Virus record (IMG/VR): IMGVR_UViG_3300020583_000010
Coordinates: 1-64,000 of that record
Direction: 5' to 3' (one strand)
DNA from: a virus
Length of the DNA stretch: 64,000 nucleotides
The notes under the pieces: generated by a model
Seen by the model: the letters and a program-made list of their open reading frames with translations, nothing else
What the model was told of the DNA's origin: nothing
The model's database searches: none
Shown here: positions 14,905-25,300 of the stretch, piece after piece
Position numbering within the stretch: position 1 is the first letter of the stretch
Layout of the letters: each line of letters starts with the position of its first letter
Made by a program: the position numbers and the translations under genes

Positions 14905-15192
14905 TCATGCTCCTTTTGTAGTCCCGGAATTACCAGCCGGGTAGTTCTTGTTGTTCCACTTATCTACTAGAATCTGAGTTCTCTTATCTTTAGACTCTGA
15001 CCAGGCCCACCCGCACCCGCCGTTATCAGGATGATCTACCATATGCTGCTCACGTACTCCTAGGTACTGCATAATAGTACCTAGAGTATATGGAAAAGTT
15101 TGACTAACTGAACCGTCTGGGTTCTCTGCAATCTTAGGACTTTTCCAGTCAGTGAGACTACGTTCGCACTTTGGACACCGATCTCGACTCAT
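14905..15192 (-). CDS. Hypothetical protein (N-terminal CxxC)
   Basis: Leaderless start after a promoter. Confidence 0.75.
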   Translation of the reverse strand: MSRDRCPKCERSLTDWKSPKIAENPDGSVSQTFPYTLGTIMQYLGVREQHMVDHPDNGGCGWAWSESKDKRTQILVDKWNNKNYPAGNSGTTKGA

Positions 15193-15198
15193 GCTTAG

Positions 15199-15227
15199 AT
15201 ATTAGCATGTCTCGGGCCACTTGTCAA
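15199..15227 (-). promoter_or_regulatory. Host sigma-A-type promoter (leaderless)
   Basis: TTGACA-N17-TAATAT with TGn; 6 nt to ATG. Confidence 0.85.
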
Positions 15228-15228
15228 G

Positions 15229-15411
15229 TTACTGTACCCGGCAGACTTCCAGCTCATCACCAGGTGCCAAGTCAAGCATGATGGAGGCGAAGAACTTGGA
15301 CGCCGAACTTTCCACGGAGTCTGGTTCCTCATAGGTACCGACTATGCTCTCGTGGCCTTCGTGAGTGTATATAGTCCAAGTATAAGTAGGATTAGTCATC
15401 TGTGCTGCCAC
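15229..15411 (-). CDS. Hypothetical protein
   Basis: Small packed ORF. Confidence 0.6.
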   Translation of the reverse strand: MAAQMTNPTYTWTIYTHEGHESIVGTYEEPDSVESSASKFFASIMLDLAPGDELEVCRVQ

Positions 15412-15577
15412 TTCCTATACGCCACAGGAAGACGCCTCTAGCCTCGTCCCAGGTGTCATAAATCCCTACTGGTCTATGACGAAAAGTATCCTCAAACAGT
15501 ACCACTTCTTCGAGTTCCCACTTCTTCGAGCCGTTAGGTTGAAAGATAGCATAGTGTACAACTCTGGCATAGCTCAT
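15392..15577 (-). CDS. Hypothetical protein
   Basis: Small packed ORF. Confidence 0.6.
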   Translation of the reverse strand: MSYARVVHYAIFQPNGSKKWELEEVVLFEDTFRHRPVGIYDTWDEARGVFLWRIGSGSTDD

Positions 15578-15585
15578 AAAAAGTC

Positions 15586-15972
15586 CTAGGGGAGCCGTTC
15601 TATGCCGAAATCACCATCGACATCCATACTATATACGATCGACTTCACTCCGGCCAGATGTATAGCCTTATAGCAGGAAAGACACGGCCTTGCCAGTCTT
15701 CTCTTCCCGAACTTGGAGACGCGCACAACATAAAGTACAGCACCTTCAGCACGGTCAGCCTGGTAGGTCAGCTTCCGCAGCGCATGAGCCTCAGCATGAA
15801 CTGTGGTCCCAGGACCTCCCTCAAGAATCCTCGGATCATTCTTAGGGACATTGAAGGCCTTAGCGATTACAGAGGAGCCTCTAGCCACAACACAGCCCAG
15901 CCTCCAGCGGCTGTGTGGTGACTCTTCAGCAACCGCTGTTGCCAGCCTCAAGAACTGCTCGTGTCGTGCCAT
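15586..15972 (-). CDS. Zn-dependent deaminase (dCMP/cytidine/TadA superfamily)
   Basis: HAE and PCxxC motifs. Confidence 0.88.
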   Translation of the reverse strand: MARHEQFLRLATAVAEESPHSRWRLGCVVARGSSVIAKAFNVPKNDPRILEGGPGTTVHAEAHALRKLTYQADRAEGAVLYVVRVSKFGKRRLARPCLSCYKAIHLAGVKSIVYSMDVDGDFGIERLP

Positions 15973-15978
15973 GAGAGA

Positions 15979-16007
15979 ATATTAGCACAGGTGCTGTGCG
16001 TGGTCAA
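15979..16007 (-). promoter_or_regulatory. Host sigma-A-type promoter (leaderless)
   Basis: TTGACC-N17-TAATAT with TGn; 6 nt to ATG. Confidence 0.8.
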
Positions 16008-16222
16008 GCCTTGTTCTCTTTGGCCTGTCTTTGGAGTTTCTTATTATGTCTCTCGGCCTTAAGAACTTGCTTGTCTACGGGAATATAACTGTCAGACTGC
16101 TCAGGAATCCAACCATAAGGATGATCTATCGGATCATCTTCCCAAATATTCACAGGCCCATCAATCTCCCCGAACTCGTCATCATACTCATCGAGCTCGG
16201 ACTGCCAGTCGAACTTCGCCAT
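16004..16222 (-). CDS. Hypothetical protein
   Basis: Likely start MAKFDW, coupled to the upstream stop. Confidence 0.6.
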   Translation of the reverse strand: MAKFDWQSELDEYDDEFGEIDGPVNIWEDDPIDHPYGWIPEQSDSYIPVDKQVLKAERHNKKLQRQAKENKA

Positions 16223-16443
16223 TACCTGTGATCCTCTATTACAAACCCTGGTGGTTTCGGCTGTTCCCGTCCCCATCCTGTTCCATTGAATTTAACTCCC
16301 GGAGGAGTCCACACACGTTTAGTATCAGGAGAGCCGCACTCTTCACAGTCTACCATAGGAATATCTTCTAGTATACTCCGTGACAACTCGAACTGGTTGT
16401 CGCACTGCTGACATTTATACTCATATACCGCCATGATAATCAC
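16222..16443 (-). CDS. FmdB-family zinc-ribbon protein
   Basis: YEYKCxxC...CxxCGS...FNGTGW. Confidence 0.85.
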   Translation of the reverse strand: MIIMAVYEYKCQQCDNQFELSRSILEDIPMVDCEECGSPDTKRVWTPPGVKFNGTGWGREQPKPPGFVIEDHR

Positions 16444-16446
16444 ACT

Positions 16447-16728
16447 CTACCATGAGGGGTGTTCATAGTCAAACGCGCTGTCCGGCTGTTCAACTTCTCT
16501 GAAGTCCACAGTCACATATTCTATACTGCGAAAAGGCACATAGGTGATGTTCTCGCTCACCGGAAACTGAAAAGATCCTTCTTTCCCCTCTAAGAACTGC
16601 AGTATAGCCTTTTTTAGAGTGCCGTTCACATAGTCTTTTGTTCCGGGAACATAGTCACTTTTCACATAACTGGTTGATTTCAGTTGTAGCCTTAGAGAGT
16701 ATTCGTACTTCGGCTCTTCAGAGCTCAT
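16447..16728 (-). CDS. Hypothetical protein
   Basis: AAGGAAG RBS. Confidence 0.7.
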   Translation of the reverse strand: MSSEEPKYEYSLRLQLKSTSYVKSDYVPGTKDYVNGTLKKAILQFLEGKEGSFQFPVSENITYVPFRSIEYVTVDFREVEQPDSAFDYEHPSW

Positions 16729-16740
16729 GTCTTCCTTAAT

Positions 16741-16784
16741 AATAACGAGGGGCGCTCAAGCTGACCATTTCCTGAGCGCCTCTC
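16741..16784 (-). terminator. Putative intrinsic terminator after the endolysin
   Basis: 12-bp stem followed by GTTATTATT. Confidence 0.5.
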
Positions 16785-16895
16785 CCCGTACTCTAACCAT
16801 CCGGGCGGTAGCGTTTTGCACAAAGTGCGCCCGATTAACGACGCCTCTGGGATTACCAAAGGGCCACAAGGACTGGTAGTCAACAGTCTCAAGTC

Positions 16896-17810
16896 TTAAT
16901 AAGCCACAGCGCCAACTGGGAAGTTTCCTGTATCTTTACGCTCTACGGTAACATGAGAGTTGGTAGCAGAGTCTATATTGAAGTCTCTGAAACCTTTAGG
17001 AACATCTCCATCATTGTTGTCTCCGCAGAGCACTAGAGCACCAGCACCACTCCATGCTACTACTCTAACATTGGCGATACCCCCATCCCCGACAGTCAGC
17101 CGGAAATGGCTCTTGTTAATGGTGGGGAAGTTGTACAGCCCAGGATGGACGGAAAGGGGTTCTACTTGCTGCATGTCGTCCTCCTCGGACGTTGTTGGAA
17201 CTGGTGCGGGAACTGGAACCGGGGGAGGTGTAGAGGTGCCCAATGCAGAACCCCCTACTTGCCACCCTCCGAAGTTTGAAGCATCTGCATAATCAGTATC
17301 GACGTTTCCGCCGAGTCCGAAATTAACCTGAACAAGCTGAGCATCTTGCGTACTTGATCCGCCAGTCCAGTCTGTAGACATTGTGCGCCAACCCCACTTG
17401 GCCAGGCCACTGCTCACCATATACTGAACCATAGCGGCTGATCCGTATACACCGATCTGTGCTACAGGAATTATAGAAGCTATACCTTGAAAGTATGCTG
17501 CCTGAGTGGAAGGGTCTACATCTTCATCAATGCTGAAGTATATAGGATAACCGGAAGGCATCCCGCAGGCCGTAGCTTGGGATATAGCACTTTGTGCGTC
17601 AGAAGCTCCCTGACCGTAAGAACCACCCTGTCCGGATGACTCCCAGTTGGACACAATGAGAAGACCCCAACTGGTAAGTTGCTGAGCCTCTGCTAAAGTC
17701 AGGTTCTTAGATGGGTCAGGTGATAGGTAGCGTACTACGAACTGCACGCCTGCGAGGTCTGAAGCGCTGCTTGGCCGCCAAAAGCTGTAATCATATCCGT
17801 TAATGGTCAT
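16896..17810 (-). CDS. Endolysin, GH25-like/DUF1906 catalytic domain with Pro/Thr linker and C-terminal domain
   Basis: Motifs GYDYS, FVVRYLS, PIYFSIDED and IGVYGS. Confidence 0.85.
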   Translation of the reverse strand: MTINGYDYSFWRPSSASDLAGVQFVVRYLSPDPSKNLTLAEAQQLTSWGLLIVSNWESSGQGGSYGQGASDAQSAISQATACGMPSGYPIYFSIDEDVDPSTQAAYFQGIASIIPVAQIGVYGSAAMVQYMVSSGLAKWGWRTMSTDWTGGSSTQDAQLVQVNFGLGGNVDTDYADASNFGGWQVGGSALGTSTPPPVPVPAPVPTTSEEDDMQQVEPLSVHPGLYNFPTINKSHFRLTVGDGGIANVRVVAWSGAGALVLCGDNNDGDVPKGFRDFNIDSATNSHVTVERKDTGNFPVGAVAY

Positions 17811-17846
17811 CGAGAACTTCTCCAGTTAGTTGGTCTCTCCATATTT

Positions 17847-17854
17847 ATCATCGA
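17847..17854 (-). promoter_or_regulatory. Putative late promoter motif (TCGATGAT)
   Basis: Intergenic YCGATKAT upstream of the endolysin. Confidence 0.6.
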
Positions 17855-17876
17855 CTAGCGACTTTTGCAGGCAGAC

Positions 17877-18614
17877 TTAAGATGCACTACTTTCAAGAAT
17901 TTTAAGCAGTACAGCAACTGCTCTGGAGTGGCGTTCAATTACATCAGAGTCTGCCATACTTAACATGGCTGCTATCTTTTTAAGATCGAAACCACTATAG
18001 TAGTGCAGTACTATTATCAATCTATTCTCATATGCTAAGTCTCTCACAGCATCAGCGAAAGAAGCTAGCATGAAGTTTACTGCCGCTGACGACTCGGTAT
18101 TCCTGTCCTCAGCCAATTGCAGACCAGACTGTTCTCCCGACTCCGTATCCAACCCTTGCATGGCCACATCTAGAGAGATAGGAGCCCTGGAGAGGCCTAT
18201 AAAAGTATCCCTGACTTCTTTCTCTGTGAGGCCAGTAAGTTCTGCCAACTGGGAGTAATTATAGTCTTCTGAAGATGAATTTAGTATCTGGTTTATCTTT
18301 CTGGATCTCTCCCGCATCGACCTTGTTGCGTGATCTACCTTACGCAAGTAGTCTATGATAGCGCCTTTAGTTCTGCGAGCAGCGACCGTGGGAAAATACT
18401 TAGTATTCATCGGGTCAAACTCACGCTCTTCACAGTACTGCGGCCAACGGGCGCACACCTCAACGAGAGCCAGAAGCGCTATACTTCGCAACTCTTCTAG
18501 GTCAAGAGCATGCGGAGCTGTTTTATACACTTTCAGTGCCGCGCTATAAGCTAGTCCTAAGTTCTTCTCTATTAGAAATTCCCACTTAGGGTCTACTTTT
18601 AAATCCGCATCCAT
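17877..18614 (-). CDS. RNA polymerase sigma factor, FliA/WhiG-like
   Basis: Region 2 RTKGAIIDYLRKVD..RSMR; region 3 ELTGLTEKEV..ISLD; region 4 LHYYSGFDLKKIA. Confidence 0.88.
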   Translation of the reverse strand: MDADLKVDPKWEFLIEKNLGLAYSAALKVYKTAPHALDLEELRSIALLALVEVCARWPQYCEEREFDPMNTKYFPTVAARRTKGAIIDYLRKVDHATRSMRERSRKINQILNSSSEDYNYSQLAELTGLTEKEVRDTFIGLSRAPISLDVAMQGLDTESGEQSGLQLAEDRNTESSAAVNFMLASFADAVRDLAYENRLIIVLHYYSGFDLKKIAAMLSMADSDVIERHSRAVAVLLKILESSAS

Positions 18615-18615
18615 A

Positions 18616-20208
18616 CTAACTCACGATCATTTGCATAAGTACTTCCGGTGACAATTGTTCAAACAGTTCTGACTCTGAGTTCCAAACATGGTCAATTAGA
18701 GCACTCTCAAGTTCCAATTTCTGCATATAATGCTCTTCTTGCGTATCTCTATTCAGGAGAGTATGAACATATACAGTATTGAATCTCGAACCTTGACGTG
18801 AAATTCTGCCTGCCAGCTGTGTCATGCGAGCCGGGTTCAAAATCAAGTCTAAGCAGATTAAGTGTCTTGCTACCTGAAGGTTAAGTGATGACTCAAGACT
18901 CTGAGTGCCTAGTAATACCTTACAGGAAGGATCATCCCAGAAGCGCTGTACGGACTCATTGCGTCTATTGGCATTGCTGTCCATGCCTGATATGGTAACA
19001 TAAGGTATGCCAGCAGAGTCTAATCTGGCCTGAGCTGCCCTGATCATGGAAAGGTTGTGAATGAACAACAATGTCTTCTCATCAGCCAAGTCCCCTTGCA
19101 GCTTATCTAGTGTCCAGTCAAGCTTAGAGCTGGTTCCTGGACCATCATCTTCTCCTAAGGCTGCGAGGCCAGTACAGGTCGCAGCAGCCTTCATCCATAT
19201 AGTCACAGCCTCAATGGTCTTCATCTCAGACAGTTTCCCTGACTTTATGATCTTTAAGATGCCATCTTGGATTTCTTTGTACTTTGCCCTCTGGGCCGGA
19301 TACAGTTCAAGCCACACAGTAGAGGGGACAATAGCTGGCATATCTACATCATCAAGATCTGCTGGAGTTCTACGTAAGGCCATTGGAGACAGTTTCTGCT
19401 TGAAATCAGCTAAATTCTGATAACCTGTAATCTTCTTAGTGGTCATTATACGGCCACCGCGCACAGGGAGCTGTATGCGCTGCTGAACAGTATATGTATT
19501 TAAGAACCTTGTTTCACTGCCGAACAACTCACGGCCGCCTATGGCCTCTAAAGTAGAGTGGAGCTCTACTAGCTTCTTTTGGAGCGGTGTAGCATTGGCA
19601 ATATAGACATATTTAGCATGACGCGCTACTCGTTTAAGGTTAACAGCTATCTTGTTTTTGCGATGCCTAAGAGAGTCAACATCATCAATCACAAGAGCAG
19701 TTATATCCAACTGATCGAATGCTTCATTATCTCTGTTGAAAGTCTCTCGTCCAATGACATATATCTCCCAGTCGGATAACATAAGATCCAGCCGTTTACG
19801 CGCGTTACCTTCAGCCGCTACTGTTCTGACTAGAGGCATCATGCGATTCAGCTCTTTGGCCCACTGCTTGACCGCTGGTGCCCGGCATACCACTACCGAC
19901 TTCCCCAGATTCCCATGTTCTTTAAGCATTGCTAACGATAGGGCAATTGACAGTGTCTTGCCCACTCCGGTACCGTCTGCCAGCAACGCGTGGCCGCGCG
20001 TATACAACCATGCAGCTCCGACACGCTGGTGAGCTTTGGGGAGCATCCCACAGTCTCTGCAAGAGTACTCTACAGAGGTGTGGCGAGAGCACGGGTCATA
20101 GTTCCAGTGCTTGAGAATGGGGAGATCGAAGTCTTTGGCCTGCTGAATCCTTAGGGCGAGGCGAGTTCTTTCCCCGGGAAGCAGCTTAGAAAGATCTGGG
20201 AGTGTCAT
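18616..20208 (-). CDS. SNF2-family helicase/ATPase
   Basis: ADGTGVGKT, ATPLQ, LNLQ and QLAGRISR; Walker B reads DDVD. Confidence 0.9.
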   Translation of the reverse strand: MTLPDLSKLLPGERTRLALRIQQAKDFDLPILKHWNYDPCSRHTSVEYSCRDCGMLPKAHQRVGAAWLYTRGHALLADGTGVGKTLSIALSLAMLKEHGNLGKSVVVCRAPAVKQWAKELNRMMPLVRTVAAEGNARKRLDLMLSDWEIYVIGRETFNRDNEAFDQLDITALVIDDVDSLRHRKNKIAVNLKRVARHAKYVYIANATPLQKKLVELHSTLEAIGGRELFGSETRFLNTYTVQQRIQLPVRGGRIMTTKKITGYQNLADFKQKLSPMALRRTPADLDDVDMPAIVPSTVWLELYPAQRAKYKEIQDGILKIIKSGKLSEMKTIEAVTIWMKAAATCTGLAALGEDDGPGTSSKLDWTLDKLQGDLADEKTLLFIHNLSMIRAAQARLDSAGIPYVTISGMDSNANRRNESVQRFWDDPSCKVLLGTQSLESSLNLQVARHLICLDLILNPARMTQLAGRISRQGSRFNTVYVHTLLNRDTQEEHYMQKLELESALIDHVWNSESELFEQLSPEVLMQMIVS

Positions 20209-20214
20209 TAAGGT

Positions 20215-20243
20215 AGAGTACCATACAGCACAGAGCTAGTCAA
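20215..20243 (-). promoter_or_regulatory. Host sigma-A-type promoter (leaderless) for the helicase-sigma operon
   Basis: TTGACT-N17-TACTCT with TGn; 6 nt to ATG. Confidence 0.8.
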
Positions 20244-20379
20244 GTTTCGACCGTCTTGACTTCCTGACGCTCGTTCGTGCTGCTTTAGCCACAGCTGCGG
20301 CATAGGCAACATCTTTTCTGAAATCCTCATCTGCCTCTCTAAGGATTTCATTAAACCTTGTATAATCTACTTCTCCCAT
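20236..20379 (-). CDS. 47-aa protein with basic C-terminus
   Basis: GGAGG RBS; MGEVDYTRFNEILREADEDFRKDVAYAAAVAKAARTSVRKSRRSKLD. Confidence 0.6.
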   Translation of the reverse strand: MGEVDYTRFNEILREADEDFRKDVAYAAAVAKAARTSVRKSRRSKLD

Positions 20380-20427
20380 TTGAACCTCCACTATATAATC
20401 ATTAGTTAACTAATGAATTAAGCAGGA

Positions 20428-21942
20428 TTATGTAGTGGTTTCATACATAAATTGCATGACTAATTGCTGGTTAGCAGTGGAAGCAGCCCAACTGAATGGA
20501 GTACTCTGGCTGCCTGCGAAGTTAGCCGCCCCAGCTGTAGTAGGTGGATATAGAGTAGTCGCAACACTAGAAACATTGTTAAGCAGCACTGTTCCTGCAT
20601 AAAGAGACCCGGTAGAGGTCGCCCCTATAACGGTACCTGCTGCTATTCTCGCCGAGTTAGCGGGAGAGAAAGGAAGAGTGAACTGCCAAGTACCGGTACC
20701 ATACGTTGTTGTTGTACCTGATATCAGTGTTATATTGATGAATATAAGGCGCCCATACTTTATATAAGAGCCAGTAAGTGTTCCGTTGCCTATAGCCGGA
20801 TTTGTTCCGCTGGCTCCCCAGATTACTGGCGCAAAAGAAACACTGGCAGCTCCAACAAATGGAGAAGCGTTCGCGTTTGTTAAATCTAATTGTTTGTTAT
20901 TGAGGATAGCAACATTACCAGAACTGTTAACTGACGCTACTGTTACACCATTTTGCTGGAAGTCTGCCACGTCAACTGTTGAGCCAGCTGGTGTGTTAGC
21001 AGTTAAAGGTACATCTCCCGAGGCTGTAGGAGAGATGACGTGTGGCCGGAATCCTGTTAAAGAACCATAGCTAGTTATCTTCCAGACTACAGTGCTTCCT
21101 ATCATGAAGTCAGCTACATCCACTGATGTACCAGTAGGCCCCGTCACTGAAAGCGCTGTGGTACTCAGTCCGGACGGGGCTACAGCAGCTGTGGCTGCCG
21201 ACAGACCAGTACCTGTCAGGACGCCTGCACTGGTAACCTTCCAGAAGGTAGCTCCATTTATCTGGAGGTCTATGATATCTGCTGTCGAGCCAGAAGGGAT
21301 ATTGCCAGTCAGCGGTACTCTTGAGGAAGATGTGGGAGAGGCATTAATATAGGCAAGATTGTTGAAAGAATACCCACCCATATTGACATTCCCGGTAGGT
21401 GCCCCGAACGAGTTCAAAGGCGCCCCGGCAGGATTAATCAGTGTTCCTGCTGGCCATGTGCCATTAGCTTTAGGCCCATAGAAGTACTGGGTAGCGGTAT
21501 TTATCCAGAAGTCTCCGTTGTTGCCTTGAGCCGATGTAGGAGCCGATGTACTGTTCCATATAGTGTTGAACACTGGAGGAGATGGCTGGATTTGAGAAAA
21601 CCCGCTGTTCAATGATGGGTCTATTTGCACAGTACTGTAAAATCCCTGAGGATAGCTTTCCTGTGCCCCGGACCCGTATACTACGAACCATTGAACATTG
21701 AATACTCCTGTATTATTAGTATCACCGGATTGCCACGAGTAGCTTACTTGGCCGTTTACAGCACTGACAACAGTAGCTGTACGGTTTATCACGTTGCCGA
21801 AGAAGGTATTAGTCATGCGGAAATAAACAGTGGCACCTGTTAAGTTAGCAACTGTGCCGAACTGATCGATAAGTGTGGCAGTTATAATAGGAAGAGTGTC
21901 ACTCTGCTTTATATAGAACACTGAAGGTGTCATAGTTGCCAT
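20428..21942 (-). CDS. Tail fibre / receptor-binding protein with BppU-like N-terminus
   Basis: IKQSDTLP..NLTGATV N-domain; G..GDFWINT motif; beta-rich repeats. Confidence 0.8.
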   Translation of the reverse strand: MATMTPSVFYIKQSDTLPIITATLIDQFGTVANLTGATVYFRMTNTFFGNVINRTATVVSAVNGQVSYSWQSGDTNNTGVFNVQWFVVYGSGAQESYPQGFYSTVQIDPSLNSGFSQIQPSPPVFNTIWNSTSAPTSAQGNNGDFWINTATQYFYGPKANGTWPAGTLINPAGAPLNSFGAPTGNVNMGGYSFNNLAYINASPTSSSRVPLTGNIPSGSTADIIDLQINGATFWKVTSAGVLTGTGLSAATAAVAPSGLSTTALSVTGPTGTSVDVADFMIGSTVVWKITSYGSLTGFRPHVISPTASGDVPLTANTPAGSTVDVADFQQNGVTVASVNSSGNVAILNNKQLDLTNANASPFVGAASVSFAPVIWGASGTNPAIGNGTLTGSYIKYGRLIFINITLISGTTTTYGTGTWQFTLPFSPANSARIAAGTVIGATSTGSLYAGTVLLNNVSSVATTLYPPTTAGAANFAGSQSTPFSWAASTANQQLVMQFMYETTT

Positions 21943-21959
21943 AATTATTCCAATTCAGG

Positions 21960-22295
21960 CTATAGATGCTTTACTATGGTCAATAAGTCATAACCATGTA
22001 AGGGGTATGTTGATGTAGCCGCAGTATTCCAAGTCACTAGCCACTCCACTGCATATACTCCAGGAACTTGGGTGTCGCTTAGAACCCAGTTGTAGGTTAC
22101 TGCCCCAGCAGCTGCATTAGTTATGGTCGCTGCTCCTCCTATTGTGTGTCCTAGTAAAACATTTGAAGCTATAAACTGAACACTGGTAGCCGTTGTAAGA
22201 TTCACAATAATATTAGTATTGTCATCTGTTAAAACCGCTGAAGTAACAGGTAAAGTGTCATTCTGGCCAATAATAATCAGAGGCGTATAACTCAT
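21960..22295 (-). CDS. BppU-like baseplate protein
   Basis: Similar to the N-domain of 20428-21942. Confidence 0.75.
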   Translation of the reverse strand: MSYTPLIIIGQNDTLPVTSAVLTDDNTNIIVNLTTATSVQFIASNVLLGHTIGGAATITNAAAGAVTYNWVLSDTQVPGVYAVEWLVTWNTAATSTYPLHGYDLLTIVKHL

Positions 22296-22332
22296 ATTAG
22301 CCTCCTACAGTTCTCTTCAATAATCGGTGCTG

Positions 22333-25300
22333 TCATTTCTTAACAACTACAGTGTACTGGTTTATAGAAGGCGCTGAATTAAAGGTTACAGTAAGTTGAT
22401 TAATTGAACTTGCTGTAACTGTGTATGTGGTAGCCCCAGGTACTAACATAGCTCCAGTAGAGTTAATGAGAACTGTAACTGTCACACTCTGAGTATTTAA
22501 CCCGTGTCCTATGAAGAAGGCAGAAGTTACTCCGTCTCCTACAATCTGCGTGAAAGTATTATCAGTTAAACTGTTTGAAGACTGCTGAACAACCACAGAA
22601 GAAGCACCGGATGCCGGAATAACCTGGGTATCAGCATTAGCTCCAATCTTCTGGAGAAGCACATTAAGACGCTCTACATACAGCTGAATACGGGTTTCCA
22701 GAGTCAACTCCACGCTAACGAAATCTTGAGTACCATCTATTGAGATAGAAGCGCCTACTACGCGGACCTTGTCTATATCTACGAGGTTGGCATTCTGAAC
22801 ACCGATCCAGTCTCCTATGTGGTAGTCCAAGAACACAGTGTGGCCAGGGTACTCTGCTGGAACCTGCAAAGTTCTTTGGCTGACCTCATACTGGAACTCA
22901 TTAACAGTAGCATTAGCCATTTGACTCAGTGTAGGGATATCTGTAGCTTGAGAGGATTCTACATACTTCTCTCTTTGATTCCACTTCACTTCAGAAGCTC
23001 CTGAAGTCTGGTACACTATATTACCCGTACCGTCTGAAACTACCACGTAGTTAGCTATCTGGTCTCTTGTGCGTGTTCTAGTGTGTGTTATTATCTCTCC
23101 GCTAGAGTGGAATACTACCGTTGAAGATAGATCATTTCCCATGCTGCCATCATTAGCTGCTACCAATTGGAAGTTAGGAAGCATCAGCCAATCACCATTA
23201 AATGCTGTTAGTGAAGCCTCAAACTGTGTCTCAAGATCAGTGCCATTAGCTATCACAAGAGAGGCAGTGTCTGTCCATGGCACCTGGAAGGAATCCTCGA
23301 ACATGGTGAATGTGGGGTTGATAATAGGTATTGTAGTTCTAGTTTGAGACTGCTCCAGCAGATCAAGCCACAGTGCCGCATTAGGCATTTCTAAGTAGAT
23401 GTTGGACAATCCTGCACCATTACCCTGAGACAGGTTGTAATTAGAAGCCGAGCCTGGATTTACTGTAGCTGCTACTTGGCCGTTAGATCTTACAGCAGGT
23501 GTTCCAGAGGAATTTATATTGCCGACTTCCATAGGACTAAATCCTGAAGTAGCACCGTAGCCGCCATAGTACCAGCAAGTAAAAGCAAGTTGGACTTTCT
23601 TAGCATTCCACGCGTATGCCATACTCCCCTGGTTAGTCCATGTGCCACCGTCTGGCGATGTATCAAAGAAGAATACCCCATTGAATTCTCGTATTCTCCA
23701 GTAGTTATGCTGTACAGGATCATATGTTGAAGTCAGGTATATACTAGACTGCACACCATTGTTGAATACTCGTGCCCACAGTCTTTGGTTACTCTCCTGG
23801 CAGTCGAGCTCCATCATTACATAGTTAGTAGTAGGACTCGCTGCTGAAGACAGCATCATCGCGTTAGACGTGAAAGGAGTGTATTCATAAAGTAGAGCAG
23901 TGTCTACGAGGAAATTACTGGCACCTGTCCCGCTGTTCACAGAACACACAAGATTAACATTGGCGAGAGAGCCTGTGCGGATAGAGGCCTGTATCAATGA
24001 CCACTCTCCGATAGTAGCTACCACACTGCCAGGATAGCCTAATTTAGAGTTAGTACTGTCATACACAGTACAGGTAGGCTGACCTGAAGTCTTAACTTTA
24101 ACCCAGGCATTGAATTGGTAGTAGGTTATAGGGTTCAGGGCTGGTACTGTCTGCTCTATACCCTGATGGGCACCTGTAGCCACCACTTGTGCACAAAATC
24201 CATCCCCGTCGAAAGAGTCCGCAGTATACACAGCTGCTGTTGCTCCTACAGTCTGTGCACCACTATTGTTAGTATCCCAGCCTTCCAGACCTAACTGGAA
24301 TGAATAGTTAGCTATTACATTTGTAGGCTGTATAGGCATATTTAGTGGTGTGATCTGAGCTGAGATAGCTGATGAGGTAACATCATAATTACCACCAGCG
24401 AGTGCCGGGGACACCGCATATGTAGTATTAGTACCTGCTATAGCAGCCCTGCTGTTGGCCACGTCTACATATACCTGACCGGCATTAATAGCAGCGGGCG
24501 ATGTCAAGTTCCAGAATACTGGATTAAGAGAGGACAGCTGGAAAGTGTCAGCCACTGCGGATATCTTAAATACCTCATTAGGGAATCCCGGCGGTACAGC
24601 CTCTGCCCACTGGAGCATGCGTGCTGTCCCAGCTCCTGATATAGTCACAGGCTGAGCTTCAGACGATGCGTCTACAATGGTCTCTACTACATCAGTCCCG
24701 AGAAACTCAAAGATAGGCTGACCATTATAAATAGCCTGCCACACATTCTCATCATCTATTAGATCAGTGCCAGGACCTCCAGTGCTCAGGGTTTCTAAGA
24801 AGACTGTGTCACTTCGGTCTATTACGACCTGACCAGCTCCTTCATTATTCAGAGCTATGTTAAATGACAGAGACTGATAGCGTGGTATAGTAGTCATATA
24901 GGTGTAAGTGCGGCCAGAGTAAACCTTTAACTCCCATCCTACTCCCTGCACGTAGTTACTTGACAGTGCCCCATTATACATAGAACTATATGAGCATAGA
25001 GCAAAAGGCAGAGTAGAAGGGAGCATTCCTGGTAATTCTGGAGTAAGGAAGGATGCCCCAGCAGATGATGTAGAAAAAAGTCCATAATTTGTAAATGAGC
25101 CAGGCAGGTATCCTGGAATAGAAGCCGAGAATGGTATATCACTCTCTGAAGGACCTCCAGGAGTTACAGGAATTGGAGTTACTGAGCTCGCGGCACTCGC
25201 GATCACAGCAGCCAGACCGGCGCTAGCATCTACCTCAATTACAGATGAGCCAGATGAAGTGGTAGCCGAAGCAGTCCCGGGGTTTGCGTCTACCTCAACT

